Below, piece after piece: positions 19,279-29,092 of a stretch of 53,467 bases of DNA; the first letter of the stretch is position 1; every line of letters starts with the position of its first letter. Position numbers and translations under genes: made by a program. Below the pieces are notes generated by a model, which saw only the letters and a list, made by a program, of their open reading frames with translations, had not been told where the DNA came from and made no database searches. The stretch is from Actinomycetota bacterium (GTDB lineage Bacteria; Actinomycetota; UBA4738; HRBIN12). Where the stretch lies: assembly GCA_038211015.1 (NCBI GenBank), contig JBBQVZ010000003.1:1-53467 (forward strand), given 5' to 3'.

Positions 19279-20775
19279 ATGGCGGACTACGTAGGTGCTC
19301 TGGACCAGGGCACCACCAGCACGCGGTTCATGATCTTCGATCACAGCGGCGGCGTGGTCGGGGTGGACCAGAAGGAGCACGAGCAGATCTTTCCGAAGCC
19401 GGGATGGGTCGAGCATGACCCGAAGGAGATCTGGGAGCGATCAGGTGAGGTGACCGCCGGCGCCCTCAAGAAGGCGGGCATCGCGGCGAGTGACCTCGCC
19501 GCGGTAGGCATCACCAACCAGCGCGAGACCACGGTCGTGTGGGACCGCAACACGGGCGAGCCCGTCTACAACGCGCTCGTGTGGCAGGACACGCGCCAGC
19601 AAGACATCGTGGACTCCTTGTCGGCAGACGGCGGGCAGGACCGGTTCCGGGGCAAGACGGGTCTGCCGCTCGCCACGTACTTCTCCGGGACGAAGGTCCG
19701 GTGGATATTGGACAACGTCGATGGAGCGCGCGCCCGGGCAGAGGCCGGAGACCTGGCGTTCGGCAACATCGACGCCTGGTGCATCTGGAACCTCACGGGC
19801 GGGACCAGCGGCGGGGTGCATGTCACCGACGTGTCGAACGCCAGCCGAACCATGCTCATGAACCTGGAGACGCTCGACTGGGACGACGAGCTGTGTGCGG
19901 CGATCGGGGTTCCCCGGTCCATGCTGCCCGAGATCCGGTCGTCTTCGGAGGTCTACGGCGAGGCGAAGGGCGTGCTGGCCGGCATCCCGGTGGCGGGTGA
20001 CCTCGGCGACCAACAGGCGGCCACGTTCGGCCAGGCCGCCTACGACGTCGGGGATGCCAAGAACACGTACGGCACCGGCTGCTTCATGATCCTGAACACC
20101 GGCACCGACCTGGTGCCGTCGAAGAGCGGCCTGCTGACGACCGTCGGTTGGAAGCTCGGCGACGCACCGGCCATCTACGCCCTCGAGGGCTCGATCGCCA
20201 TCACGGGCGCGTTGGTGCAGTGGTTGCGGGACAACCTCGGCCTGATCGAGAAGTCCGAGGACGTCGAGGCGCTCGCCGCGACGGTCGAGGACAACGGCGG
20301 GACCTACTTCGTCCCGGCGTTCTCGGGACTGTTCGCGCCGTACTGGCGAGGTGACGCCCGTGGCGCGATCGTGGGCATGACCCGCTACGTCAACAAGGGT
20401 CACATCGCACGGGCAGCGCTCGAGGCGACCGCGTGGCAGACCCGTGAGGTCCTGGACGCCATGGAGGCGGACTCGGGCGTGAAGCTCAAGGAGCTGAAGG
20501 TCGATGGCGGCATGGTCTACAACGACCTGCTGATGCAGTTCCAGGCCGACTGCCTCCAGGTCCCGGTGATCCGGCCGAAGGTGGCGGAGACGACCGCGCT
20601 CGGCGCCGCGTACGCGGCGGGGCTCGCGGTCGGCTTCTGGAAGAACGTCGACGACCTGCGGTCCAATTGGGGCAAGGACGCCGAGTGGAAGCCGAAGATG
20701 GACAACGCCACGGTGACGAAGGAATACGCGCAGTGGAAGAAAGCCGTCACCAAGACGTTCGACTGGGTGGACTGA
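19279..20775 (+). CDS. glpK: Glycerol kinase
   Basis: [27 protein letters not shown] and [14 protein letters not shown]; AAGGAGG RBS. Confidence 0.97.
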   Translation: MADYVGALDQGTTSTRFMIFDHSGGVVGVDQKEHEQIFPKPGWVEHDPKEIWERSGEVTAGALKKAGIAASDLAAVGITNQRETTVVWDRNTGEPVYNALVWQDTRQQDIVDSLSADGGQDRFRGKTGLPLATYFSGTKVRWILDNVDGARARAEAGDLAFGNIDAWCIWNLTGGTSGGVHVTDVSNASRTMLMNLETLDWDDELCAAIGVPRSMLPEIRSSSEVYGEAKGVLAGIPVAGDLGDQQAATFGQAAYDVGDAKNTYGTGCFMILNTGTDLVPSKSGLLTTVGWKLGDAPAIYALEGSIAITGALVQWLRDNLGLIEKSEDVEALAATVEDNGGTYFVPAFSGLFAPYWRGDARGAIVGMTRYVNKGHIARAALEATAWQTREVLDAMEADSGVKLKELKVDGGMVYNDLLMQFQADCLQVPVIRPKVAETTALGAAYAAGLAVGFWKNVDDLRSNWGKDAEWKPKMDNATVTKEYAQWKKAVTKTFDWVD

Positions 20776-20778
20776 CGA

Positions 20779-20826
20779 GACGGGTGACCGACGGACCGAC
20801 GCACACACGGTCCGTCGGTCCCCGTC
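20779..20826 (+). terminator. Long stem-loop right after glpK (terminator or mRNA stabiliser)
   Basis: GACCGACGGACCG-9 nt loop-CGGTCCGTCGGTC, extended by GACGGG/CCCGTC with a one-base bulge. Confidence 0.7.
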
Positions 20827-20845
20827 CATCGAGACGGGAGCGGGA

Positions 20846-21076
20846 ATGGAGGACGAGCGGCACGGCGACTTCGGCGAGGGACAGGAGAAGGACCCGGAGC
20901 ACGACGAGACCCACGAAGGGACGTTCGCCGAAGGGCAGCAGTCGGACGAGCACACCCACCCCGATGAGGGCAAACACGGCGACTTCGCCGAAGGTGAGGA
21001 GGAGCACCCCGACGCGCCGCACCACGAGGGGTCATTCGACGAGGGTCAGGGCAAGGGACACGACCACGACGGGTAG
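20846..21076 (+). CDS. Small His/Asp/Glu-rich protein with four H(E)G[DTS]F[GAD]EG[QE] repeats
   Basis: GGGAG RBS; GC3-rich codons; repeats conserved at protein level with synonymous DNA differences. Confidence 0.75.
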   Translation: MEDERHGDFGEGQEKDPEHDETHEGTFAEGQQSDEHTHPDEGKHGDFAEGEEEHPDAPHHEGSFDEGQGKGHDHDG

Positions 21077-21112
21077 CGACTCTTTGCCGACCTCGGTGCG
21101 ATACTCGCCGAC

Positions 21113-22306
21113 ATGACGCAGTCCGCACCGCGGACCCCACACGACGCGCACGTCCTGATCGTCGGCGGCGGTGGCACCGGAGGGGCGTTGGCGCACGACC
21201 TCGCCCTTCGCGGGCTGCGAGTCACGCTGGTCGACCGCGGAGAGTTCACGTCGGGGACGACCGGACGTCACCACGGTCTGCTCCACAGCGGCGCGCGCTA
21301 CGCCGTGAACGATCACGAGTCCGCGGTGGAGTGCATCGAAGAGAACCGCCTCCTTCGCACGATCGCGCCCGGCTCGTTCGAGGAGAACGACGGATTGTTC
21401 GTGGCGATCAGCGACGAAGACATGGCATACCTGCCGGGCTTCCTCGAAGGGTGCGCCGCGTCGGGCATCCCGGCGGAGCAGCTGACGCCCGAACGGGCAC
21501 TGCGCATGGAGCCACTGCTGAACCCGCAGCTGAAGGCCGCCGTGCGCGTGCCCGACGCCACGATGGACGCCATGCGGATGCCGATGCGCTTCTTCGCGAC
21601 GGCGAAGCGGAACGGCGCGCTGCTGTTGAACCACGTGGAGGTGACGGGACTCCTGATCCACGACGGCGTGGTGAGCGGCGCCGCGGTGCACGACCACGTC
21701 ACCGGTCGCGACGCCGAGATCCATGCGGACATCACCGTGAACGCGACGGGGCCATGGTCGGAGAAGGTGGCGACCATGGCCGGGGCCGACGTTCCGATCC
21801 GCCCCTCCCCCGGCGTGATGCTCGCCCTGCGAGGGCGACTGTGCAACATGGTGATCAACCGCCTCCATGCATCGGGCGACGGGGACATCGTCGTGCCGCA
21901 GCGCGCGCTCTCGATCGTGGGCACCAGCTCGTGGGTCGTGGACGATCCCGATCACCTGGGAGTACCCGCGGACCACGTCGCTCGGATGGTCACCGAGGGA
22001 TCGAAGCTGATCCCAGCCGTCGCCTCGGCAGTGCATCGCGCAGCATGGTCGGCCGCCCGGCCGCTGATCGGTTCGAGGGGAGATGCCGACTCCGGTCGCG
22101 AACTCTCCCGGACGTTCAAGACGATCGATCACGCGGTGGAAGACGGACCGGAGGGCTTCGTCACCATCACAGGCGGGAAAGGCACGACGCTCCGAGGGAT
22201 GGCCGAGGTCTGCGCCGACGTGGTCTGCCGCAAACTCGGTGTCGACGAGCCCTGCCGCACACGCGAGACCGTGCTTCTTCCGCCCAGCGCCTACTTCGCC
22301 GCGTGA
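21113..22306 (+). CDS. glpA: FAD-dependent glycerol-3-phosphate dehydrogenase, GlpA-type, lacking the C-terminal [2Fe-2S] domain
   Basis: GGGGTG, GTTGRHHGLLHSGARYAV, NATGPW, ITGGKGTTLRGMAE and CRT motifs; ends at 397 aa. Confidence 0.9.
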   Translation: MTQSAPRTPHDAHVLIVGGGGTGGALAHDLALRGLRVTLVDRGEFTSGTTGRHHGLLHSGARYAVNDHESAVECIEENRLLRTIAPGSFEENDGLFVAISDEDMAYLPGFLEGCAASGIPAEQLTPERALRMEPLLNPQLKAAVRVPDATMDAMRMPMRFFATAKRNGALLLNHVEVTGLLIHDGVVSGAAVHDHVTGRDAEIHADITVNATGPWSEKVATMAGADVPIRPSPGVMLALRGRLCNMVINRLHASGDGDIVVPQRALSIVGTSSWVVDDPDHLGVPADHVARMVTEGSKLIPAVASAVHRAAWSAARPLIGSRGDADSGRELSRTFKTIDHAVEDGPEGFVTITGGKGTTLRGMAEVCADVVCRKLGVDEPCRTRETVLLPPSAYFAA

Positions 22307-23052
22307 TGGCCACGCACACCCCCGGCACCGCGAGCGAGGCGAACGTTGCCTCCGTCGAGATGCGCCCCTTCCGCGTCTTCCGGTTCGCTCGCGAGAACGG
22401 CCCCTCGCGGTTCGACACGTTCGATGCTGAGGTCCGCTCCGAGAGCACCGTCCTCGACGCCTTGCGATGGATCAAGATCCACCGTGACACATCGCTCACG
22501 ATCCGGCACTCGTGCTTCCATGCCTCATGCGGGACCTGCGGGGTCCGGGTGAACGGTCGGGAGGCGCTCGCGTGCGTGACGAGCCTCGCGGACCTGGACC
22601 CCGGCCCGGTGACCGTGGAGCCCATGGCGAACTTCCCCGTGATCGCCGACCTGGTCGTCGACATGACCTCGTTCGTCGAGCGGTTCCCTTCGCCGCACCC
22701 CGCCACCAGATCGAGCGAGTCGCCATCGAAAGCGGCCCCTCCGTCGGGGATCGACGAGTTCGGTCGGTTCGAGGACTGCATCGAGTGTGGCCTGTGCCTG
22801 TCCGCGTGCCCGGTCGCGGCCACCGACGACTCGTACGTCGGACCCGCCGCCCTCGCCTACGCCCAGCGCATGCTCGAGGAGCCGCGAGGCGCGAACGTTG
22901 CCCCCATCCTCGAGTGGGCCGACGGGGACAACGCCGCGTGGCGATGCCACGCGGCGTTCGAGTGCACCGAGGCCTGTCCCTCCAACGTGCGTCCGGCGCA
23001 ACGCATCATGCAGCTGCGTCGCGCCCTGAACAGCGGGGGAACCGGCTCGTGA
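22306..23052 (+). CDS. SdhB/FrdB-like iron-sulfur subunit
   Basis: CFHASCGTC-x11-C ([2Fe-2S]), CIECGLCLSACP ([4Fe-4S]), CHAAFECTEACP ([3Fe-4S]); TGATG coupling to glpA. Confidence 0.92.
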   Translation: MATHTPGTASEANVASVEMRPFRVFRFARENGPSRFDTFDAEVRSESTVLDALRWIKIHRDTSLTIRHSCFHASCGTCGVRVNGREALACVTSLADLDPGPVTVEPMANFPVIADLVVDMTSFVERFPSPHPATRSSESPSKAAPPSGIDEFGRFEDCIECGLCLSACPVAATDDSYVGPAALAYAQRMLEEPRGANVAPILEWADGDNAAWRCHAAFECTEACPSNVRPAQRIMQLRRALNSGGTGS

Positions 23053-23489
23053 CGCAGCCCGGAGACGACCTCGAGGACATCCGGGCCGCGCGCGAAGCGC
23101 GCGGCCCGGTCCTTCGGAAGTCGCCCGGACCCACCGCCTGGTTCGACATCCGAAGGACCCGGACCGGGCACTGGGCGTTCTCGCTGAACCGACTTTCGAG
23201 CCTCGGGCTCGTGGCGTACCTGTATCTGCACCTCGCGGTGCTCTCGCTGCTCCTCGGCGGAGAGAACTCGTGGCACAGCTTCCTGAAGCTCGCGACGACC
23301 CCGCTGTTCCTGGGATTCGACGTACTCCTGATCTTCGGGTTGCTGTTCCATGGGCTGAACGGTCTCCGTGTCGCGCTCGTGGGTTCCGGGGTCGCGGCCG
23401 ACCGCCAGAAGGCGCTCTTCTGGTCGCTCATGATCTTCGGGGCGATCCTGTTGTTGGGGGCGACCTTGCACATAGCGGGGAGCGGTTGA
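23049..23489 (+). CDS. SdhC-like cytochrome b membrane anchor
   Basis: Three TM helices; WAFSLNRLSS, YLYLH and FHGLNGLR; GTGA overlap. Confidence 0.85.
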   Translation: MTQPGDDLEDIRAAREARGPVLRKSPGPTAWFDIRRTRTGHWAFSLNRLSSLGLVAYLYLHLAVLSLLLGGENSWHSFLKLATTPLFLGFDVLLIFGLLFHGLNGLRVALVGSGVAADRQKALFWSLMIFGAILLLGATLHIAGSG

Positions 23490-23869
23490 TGACGGACACG
23501 AGAGAGATGGCGGAGACGGGCCTTCGTCGCTCGCGCACCTGGAAGGCCACGGCGAGCTCGGGCGCTGCTTTGCTGGTGCTCGTGACGGTCCACATGATCG
23601 CGCATCACTTCGTCGTCGAGGAGGTGGGCGGGCTCCGCACGTACGCGCAGGTCCTCGACTACATCTCGAACCCGATCATGTTCGCGATCGAGATCCTGTT
23701 CCTCGTGGTGGTCACGACCCACGCCATGCTCGGCCTCCGCTCGGTGCTGTTCGACTTCGGGCTCTCGACCCGCGCCAAACGCCTCGTGGCGCGCGGCTTG
23801 CTCGCGCTGGGGATCGTGACGGTCGCGTACGGGGTGACGCTCATCGGCGTGCTGGCCGCCAAAGCCTGA
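23489..23869 (+). CDS. SdhD-like membrane anchor
   Basis: Three TM helices; VTVHMIAHH and THAMLGLRSVLFDFG; TGATG coupling. Confidence 0.85.
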   Translation: MTDTREMAETGLRRSRTWKATASSGAALLVLVTVHMIAHHFVVEEVGGLRTYAQVLDYISNPIMFAIEILFLVVVTTHAMLGLRSVLFDFGLSTRAKRLVARGLLALGIVTVAYGVTLIGVLAAKA

Positions 23870-23883
23870 GGCGGAACACGACC

Positions 23884-26358
23884 ATGGTGGGGATCGTGAT
23901 CGTGTCGCACAGCCACCTCATCGCCGAGGGCGTGGCCGAGCTCGCCCGCGAGATGGGAGGCCCGGACGTGCGACTCGAGACCGCCGGGGGCCTGGACATG
24001 CCGGACCATCCCATCGGAACCGACGCCGTACTGGTGATGGAGGCCATCGACCGAGCGTGGTCCGAGGACGGCGTGCTCGTCCTGATGGATCTGGGCAGCG
24101 CGGTGCTCTCCGCCGAGATGGCCCTCGACCTGATACCGGAGGAGCGGGGGTCCAAGGTGCTGCTCTGCGAGGCGCCGATCGTGGAGGGCGCGGTGGCCGC
24201 CGCCGTCACGGCCAAGCTGGGCGCCCCACTCGACCACGTCGCCCGGGAGGCGCGCGGCGGACTGGCCGGCAAGATCGCGCACCTCGGCGATGCCGGAGAC
24301 GAAGAGCCGCCGGTCCCATCGGCGGCGCCGGCCGGTGATGGGGCGTCGATCAGGGTGACGGTGACCGCGGGACACGGGTTGCACGCGCGGCCCGCCGCCC
24401 GCCTCGTGCAGACGGCGTCGTCTTTCGACGCCCGGGTGACGATCCGCGACCTGACGAACGGCCGGGGCCCGGCGGATGCGGCCAGCTTGAACGCCGTCGC
24501 GATGCTCGGCACGACCCAGGGACACGAGATCGAGATCGCCGCGGTGGGGCCGGGGGCGCCCGCGGCACTGGCGGCGATCCGCGCGCTCGCCGAACGCAAC
24601 TTCGACGACCGTCCGGAACCGGAACCGCCGGAGGCGCAGCGTGCGGCTCCGGCGATCCCGTCCCCGGACGGTCCCGGGATCGTGCGGGGTCGCCCCGCCT
24701 CCCCGGGGATCGCGATCGGGCCGGCGAGGCGGTTCCGGACGCCCGACCTGCCGATCCCTGAGGGATCCGGTCCGATGGACGTCGAGATCGCCTCGTTCGA
24801 GGCGGCGCTCGACCACGTCCGCGACGAGATCGCGCGCCAGCGCGCGCTCGTCGCAGGACGGGCGGGCGCGGATGAGGCGGAGATCTTCGACGCCCACCTG
24901 CTCATGCTGAGGGACGACGCGCTGCTTGCCCCGACGAAGCGCGCGATCGCCGACGACGACATCTCGGCCGCGGCGGCCTGGCACGAAGTGATCGAACGGG
25001 CGGCGCAAGCCTGGGATGGCCTCGACGACGAGTACCTTCGGGCGCGGGCCGCCGACCTGCGGAGCGTGGGGCGCCAGGTGCTCGCGCATCTGCTGGACGT
25101 CCCGGTCCCCCGCCCTTCGCTCGAGGCGCCCGGCGTGGTGATCGCGAGCGATCTCTCGCCCGCCGACACCGTGGGACTCGATCCCACCATCGCGCTGGGC
25201 ATCGCGACGGCAGCCGGCGGGCCCACGTCGCACGCAGCGGTGCTCGCGCGTTCGTCCGGGATCCCCGCGGTCGTCGGCGCCGGGGACGCGCTGCTCGCCA
25301 TCGCCGAGGGGACCACCGTCGTGGTGGATGGGACCGCAGGCGTGATCCACGTCGATCCGGACGAGTCGCTCCTTGCCGAACTCACGGCCGTGCGCGACGA
25401 ACGCGCGGTGGCGCTCCGAGATGCGCAGGCCTCCGCGCTCGAACCGGCGATCACGATCGACGGGACGACGATCGAGGTCGCCGCGAACATCGGGTCGCCG
25501 GCGGACGCGGTCCGGTCCGTCGCCGCGGGCGCCGACGGGGTCGGCCTCTTCCGGACCGAGTTCCTGTTCATGGGGAGGTCGGCGATGCCGGATGCGCGCG
25601 AGCAAGAGGCGGCGTACCGCGAGACGGCGGAGGCGCTCGGCGGACGTCCGTTGCTGATCCGGACGCTCGACGCCGGAGCCGACAAGCCGCTCCCCTACCT
25701 CGACCAGCCTCCCGAGCCCAACCCGTTCTTGGGGGTGCGGGGGATCCGGCTCGGGCTGGAACGACCGGAGCTCCTCCTGACGCAGCTCCGAGCGATCCTC
25801 CGCGTGGCGGCCGACCACCCGCTCCGGGTGATGTTCCCGATGGTCGCGACGGTCGACGAACTGCTCGCGGCGAACGAACTCCTCGAAGGCGCCGGCGAAC
25901 GGCCGCCGACGCTCGAGGTGGGCGTCATGATCGAGGTGCCGTCGGCCGCCGTGTTGGCGGACCGTCTGGCGGAGCACGCCGACTTCTTCTCGATCGGCAC
26001 GAACGACCTCACGCAGTACACGATGGCCGCGGATCGCGGGAACGTCCGTGTGAGTGGCCTCGCCGACGCCGTTCACCCCGCGGTGCTCCGCTCGATCCGG
26101 ATGACCGTCGACGCCGCTAACGCACGCGGACGATGGGTCGGCGTCTGCGGCGAGCTCGCCGGCGATACCGACGCCACCGAGCTGCTGCTCGGTTTGGGCG
26201 TGAGCGAACTGTCGATGGGCGCACCGTCGATCGCGCTCGTCAAGCGCCAGGTGCGCACCGTCGATCTCGCGCACGCCCGCGCGTTGGCCGACGAAGCTCT
26301 TTCGTGCGCGACGTCGGCAGAGGTTCGCGAACTGTTGCGCAGCGCCCGAATCGGCTGA
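23884..26358 (+). CDS. dhaM: Multidomain phosphotransferase: DhaM (EIIA-Man-like)-HPr-Enzyme I fusion
   Basis: VIVSHS (EIIA His), GLHARPAA (HPr His), GGPTSHAAVLAR (EI His), GVGLFRTEF, SIGTNDLTQY and VGVCGE (PEP-binding domain). Confidence 0.92.
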   Translation: MVGIVIVSHSHLIAEGVAELAREMGGPDVRLETAGGLDMPDHPIGTDAVLVMEAIDRAWSEDGVLVLMDLGSAVLSAEMALDLIPEERGSKVLLCEAPIVEGAVAAAVTAKLGAPLDHVAREARGGLAGKIAHLGDAGDEEPPVPSAAPAGDGASIRVTVTAGHGLHARPAARLVQTASSFDARVTIRDLTNGRGPADAASLNAVAMLGTTQGHEIEIAAVGPGAPAALAAIRALAERNFDDRPEPEPPEAQRAAPAIPSPDGPGIVRGRPASPGIAIGPARRFRTPDLPIPEGSGPMDVEIASFEAALDHVRDEIARQRALVAGRAGADEAEIFDAHLLMLRDDALLAPTKRAIADDDISAAAAWHEVIERAAQAWDGLDDEYLRARAADLRSVGRQVLAHLLDVPVPRPSLEAPGVVIASDLSPADTVGLDPTIALGIATAAGGPTSHAAVLARSSGIPAVVGAGDALLAIAEGTTVVVDGTAGVIHVDPDESLLAELTAVRDERAVALRDAQASALEPAITIDGTTIEVAANIGSPADAVRSVAAGADGVGLFRTEFLFMGRSAMPDAREQEAAYRETAEALGGRPLLIRTLDAGADKPLPYLDQPPEPNPFLGVRGIRLGLERPELLLTQLRAILRVAADHPLRVMFPMVATVDELLAANELLEGAGERPPTLEVGVMIEVPSAAVLADRLAEHADFFSIGTNDLTQYTMAADRGNVRVSGLADAVHPAVLRSIRMTVDAANARGRWVGVCGELAGDTDATELLLGLGVSELSMGAPSIALVKRQVRTVDLAHARALADEALSCATSAEVRELLRSARIG

Positions 26359-26384
26359 GTGACCGCTGCTACGATGCGTTCGAC

Positions 26385-26966
26385 GTGGTGAGGACCCCGG
26401 ACGAGCGAGCCGCTGCATTCCTGAAGGGCATCACGTACCTCCGCGTCGCGCTGACTCCTGTCGTGATGGCGCTGGTGCTCGTCGGGTATCGCGTGCGGTA
26501 CGCGTACGTCACAGCCGCCATCCTGTTCGCGATCGCGGCCGCGACCGACTTCTTCGACGGCCGTTTGGCGCGACGGTGGAAACAGACCACCACGCTCGGC
26601 ACGTTCCTGGACACCACGGCGGACAAGCTGCTCGTCTCCGGCGTCCTCATCGCGCTCGTCTCCGTCGACCGCGTGTCGGCGTGGATCGCGTTCATCATCA
26701 TCGGGCGCGAGGTGTTGATCATGGGCCTCCGTGGTGCGGTGAGCGCCGCCGACGGCACGGTCGTGAAGCCGTCGATCTGGGGGAAGCTCAAGGCGAACGT
26801 GCAGTTCCTCGCGATCTTCATGGCCATCATCCGCACGTCGTCTCCGTGGGGCCCGCTCTATCCCGATCAGTACGCCATGATCGCGGCGGCGCTGGTAACT
26901 GTGGGGTCCGCGGTCGAGTACTTCGCTCGGTTCGGCAGCGTGCTCATCGGTCGGCGTGAGCGATAG
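26385..26966 (+). CDS. pgsA: CDP-diacylglycerol--glycerol-3-phosphate 3-phosphatidyltransferase
   Basis: TDFFDGRLARR...GTFLDTTADK CDP-alcohol phosphotransferase motif; IIGRE; WGKLK; start approximate. Confidence 0.85.
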   Translation: MVRTPDERAAAFLKGITYLRVALTPVVMALVLVGYRVRYAYVTAAILFAIAAATDFFDGRLARRWKQTTTLGTFLDTTADKLLVSGVLIALVSVDRVSAWIAFIIIGREVLIMGLRGAVSAADGTVVKPSIWGKLKANVQFLAIFMAIIRTSSPWGPLYPDQYAMIAAALVTVGSAVEYFARFGSVLIGRRER

Positions 26967-26972
26967 CGGCGA

Positions 26973-27974
26973 GTGACCGGACCGGCGTTCCTCACCGGCG
27001 GGAGCGGCTTCGTTGGCGGGGCGCTCCTGCGGGGGCTGATCGAGCAAGGACGACAGGTCCGTTCGCTCGCACGGTCGGCGAAGGCGGCGGCCGTGGTGCA
27101 GGCCGGCGGGGGTGTCCCCGTCCGCGGCGATCTCTTCGACGACGACGTCCTGGTAGACGGGATGCGCGGCTGCGAGACCGTGTTCCACGTGGCGGGCGTC
27201 AACGCGATGTGTCTGCGCGACCCGGACGCCATGTTCCGCACGAACGTCGACGGCTCCGCATCCGTGCTCAGGGCTGCTTCTCGGGCGGACGTCGGGCGTA
27301 TGGTGTTCACGTCCTCCGCCGCGACCATCGGCGAGCCGCGCGGCGTCGTGGGCACCGAGGACACGCCGCACCGCGGCACGTTCCTGTCGGCGTACGAGCG
27401 ATCCAAGTTCCTGGCCGAACGACGCGTGCTGGAGCTCGGCGCCGAGTTGGGCGTGAACGTCGTCTGCGTGAACCCGTCCTCCGTCCAGGGGCCGGGTCGG
27501 ACCCAAGGTTCGGCCCGGTTGCTCATCGACCTCGTCAACGCCCGGCGCGCGGTCGTCGTCGAGACGTTCCTGTCGATCGTCGACGTCGACGATTGCACGA
27601 GCGGGCATCTCGCCGCCGAGACCCGCGGCCGTCCCGGGCAGCGATACCTCCTGAACGGAGCCAGCCTGACGACGAGCCGTGCCGTCGCGCTCGTGCAAGC
27701 CGTGGCGGGCCGACCACGTGGCGTGCTCCGGGTCCCCCGCGCCGTGGCTCCTGCGGCAGGGGCGTTAGCCGATCTGTCGTCCCGGCTGATGCGCCGAGAC
27801 CTTCCGTTCTGCTCCGAGCTCGCGCGAACGCTGCTGCACGGCCACCGCTATGACGGCTCCCTGGCCACGCGGGAGCTGGGACTCGTCTATCGGCCGATCG
27901 ATAAAACCGTCGCTCGGACGCTCGCCTGGTACGCGGATCGAGGGCTGATCCGGAGTCCCGGCGGCGTACCATGA
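26973..27974 (+). CDS. NAD-dependent epimerase/dehydratase (dihydroflavonol reductase-like)
   Basis: [18 protein letters not shown] and [10 protein letters not shown]. Confidence 0.88.
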   Translation: MTGPAFLTGGSGFVGGALLRGLIEQGRQVRSLARSAKAAAVVQAGGGVPVRGDLFDDDVLVDGMRGCETVFHVAGVNAMCLRDPDAMFRTNVDGSASVLRAASRADVGRMVFTSSAATIGEPRGVVGTEDTPHRGTFLSAYERSKFLAERRVLELGAELGVNVVCVNPSSVQGPGRTQGSARLLIDLVNARRAVVVETFLSIVDVDDCTSGHLAAETRGRPGQRYLLNGASLTTSRAVALVQAVAGRPRGVLRVPRAVAPAAGALADLSSRLMRRDLPFCSELARTLLHGHRYDGSLATRELGLVYRPIDKTVARTLAWYADRGLIRSPGGVP

Positions 27975-28011
27975 CGTCCTGGTTCGAACGCCCGAGCACG
28001 ACGGAGGCCCC

Positions 28012-29010
28012 GTGACGACTGAGACCGCGCGACCCGACCGCAACCTCGCCCTGGAGCTCGTCCGGGTCACCGAAGCCGCCGCGCTTGCGGCCGGAAGGTG
28101 GATCGGCCACGGCAACAAGGTCGCGGCCGATGCCGCCGCGGTCGACGCGATGCGGCTGATGATCGACACGGTGTCGATGCACGGCACCGTCGTGATCGGC
28201 GAAGGCGAGAAGGACGAAGCGCCCATGCTGTTCAACGGCGAAGAGGTCGGCGACGGCACCGGACCAGGCGTGGACGTCGCGGTCGACCCCGTCGACGGCA
28301 CCCGCCTGACGGCCCTCGGTCAACCCAACGCGCTCGCGGTGATCGCACTCGCCGAGCGAGGCTCCATGTTCTTCCCCGGCGCCGCCGTCTACATGGAGAA
28401 GGTCGCGACCGGACCCGAGGCCGCCCACGCGATCGACATCACCGCGTCGCCGGGGGAGAACGTGCGCCGGGTCGCGAAGGCCAAGGGTGTAGGGCCCGAA
28501 GAGATCACCGTGACGATCCTCGATCGTGACCGACACGCGACGATGATCACCGAGGTCCGCGAGGTCGGGGCTCGGGTCTTCCTGATCACCGACGGCGACG
28601 TCGCGGGAGCCATCGCCGCGGCGACACCACGCTCCGGTGTCGACCTGCTGCTCGGGATCGGCGGGACGCCGGAGGGCGTGATCGCGGCGGCGGCGCTCAA
28701 GTGCCTGGGGGGCGCGATCCAGGGACGGCTCTGGCCCAGGAGCGACGACGAACGGGGAACCCTGATCGATCAGGGCTTCGACCTCGACAATGTGCTCGCG
28801 ACCGACGACCTCGTCTCCGGAAGCGAGGTGTTCTTCGCAGCGACGGGCGTCACGGACGGGTCGCTGCTGCGGGGTGTGAAGTACTGGCCCGACGGCGCCA
28901 CCACGTATTCGATGGTGATGCGTTCGCAATCGGGAACCGTTCGGTACGTCGAGGCCCAACACCAGTTCGAGAAGCTCGAGCGATTCTCCGCGATCCCGTA
29001 CCGCCGCTGA
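28012..29010 (+). CDS. glpX: Class II fructose-1,6-bisphosphatase
   Basis: [34 protein letters not shown] and GIGGTPEGV. Confidence 0.96.
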   Translation: MTTETARPDRNLALELVRVTEAAALAAGRWIGHGNKVAADAAAVDAMRLMIDTVSMHGTVVIGEGEKDEAPMLFNGEEVGDGTGPGVDVAVDPVDGTRLTALGQPNALAVIALAERGSMFFPGAAVYMEKVATGPEAAHAIDITASPGENVRRVAKAKGVGPEEITVTILDRDRHATMITEVREVGARVFLITDGDVAGAIAAATPRSGVDLLLGIGGTPEGVIAAAALKCLGGAIQGRLWPRSDDERGTLIDQGFDLDNVLATDDLVSGSEVFFAATGVTDGSLLRGVKYWPDGATTYSMVMRSQSGTVRYVEAQHQFEKLERFSAIPYRR

Positions 29011-29092
29011 ACCAGAGGGCATCTGGCCAACGCTCCGAAAGTCGTCGCGTCCGATATCCTGCGGCCGAGACCCGAGCCCGAGGGAGTTGGGA

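Noticed and set aside
20861-21050. Repeated DNA units as a CRISPR-like array
   Set aside because: Repeats vary at third codon positions and stay in one reading frame, so they are coding repeats; no cas genes.
22306-23869. Calling these genes an ordinary succinate dehydrogenase operon
   Set aside because: No SdhA flavoprotein is in the window; the coupled flavoprotein has GlpA motifs.
23659-26418. 919-aa minus-strand ORF and similar long antisense or alternate-frame ORFs across the window
   Set aside because: Typical high-GC shadow ORFs opposite well-supported genes, with no recognisable motifs.
26973-27974. HpnA-like reductase as a sign of hopanoid synthesis
   Set aside because: No squalene-hopene cyclase or other hpn genes in the window; a generic extended SDR.
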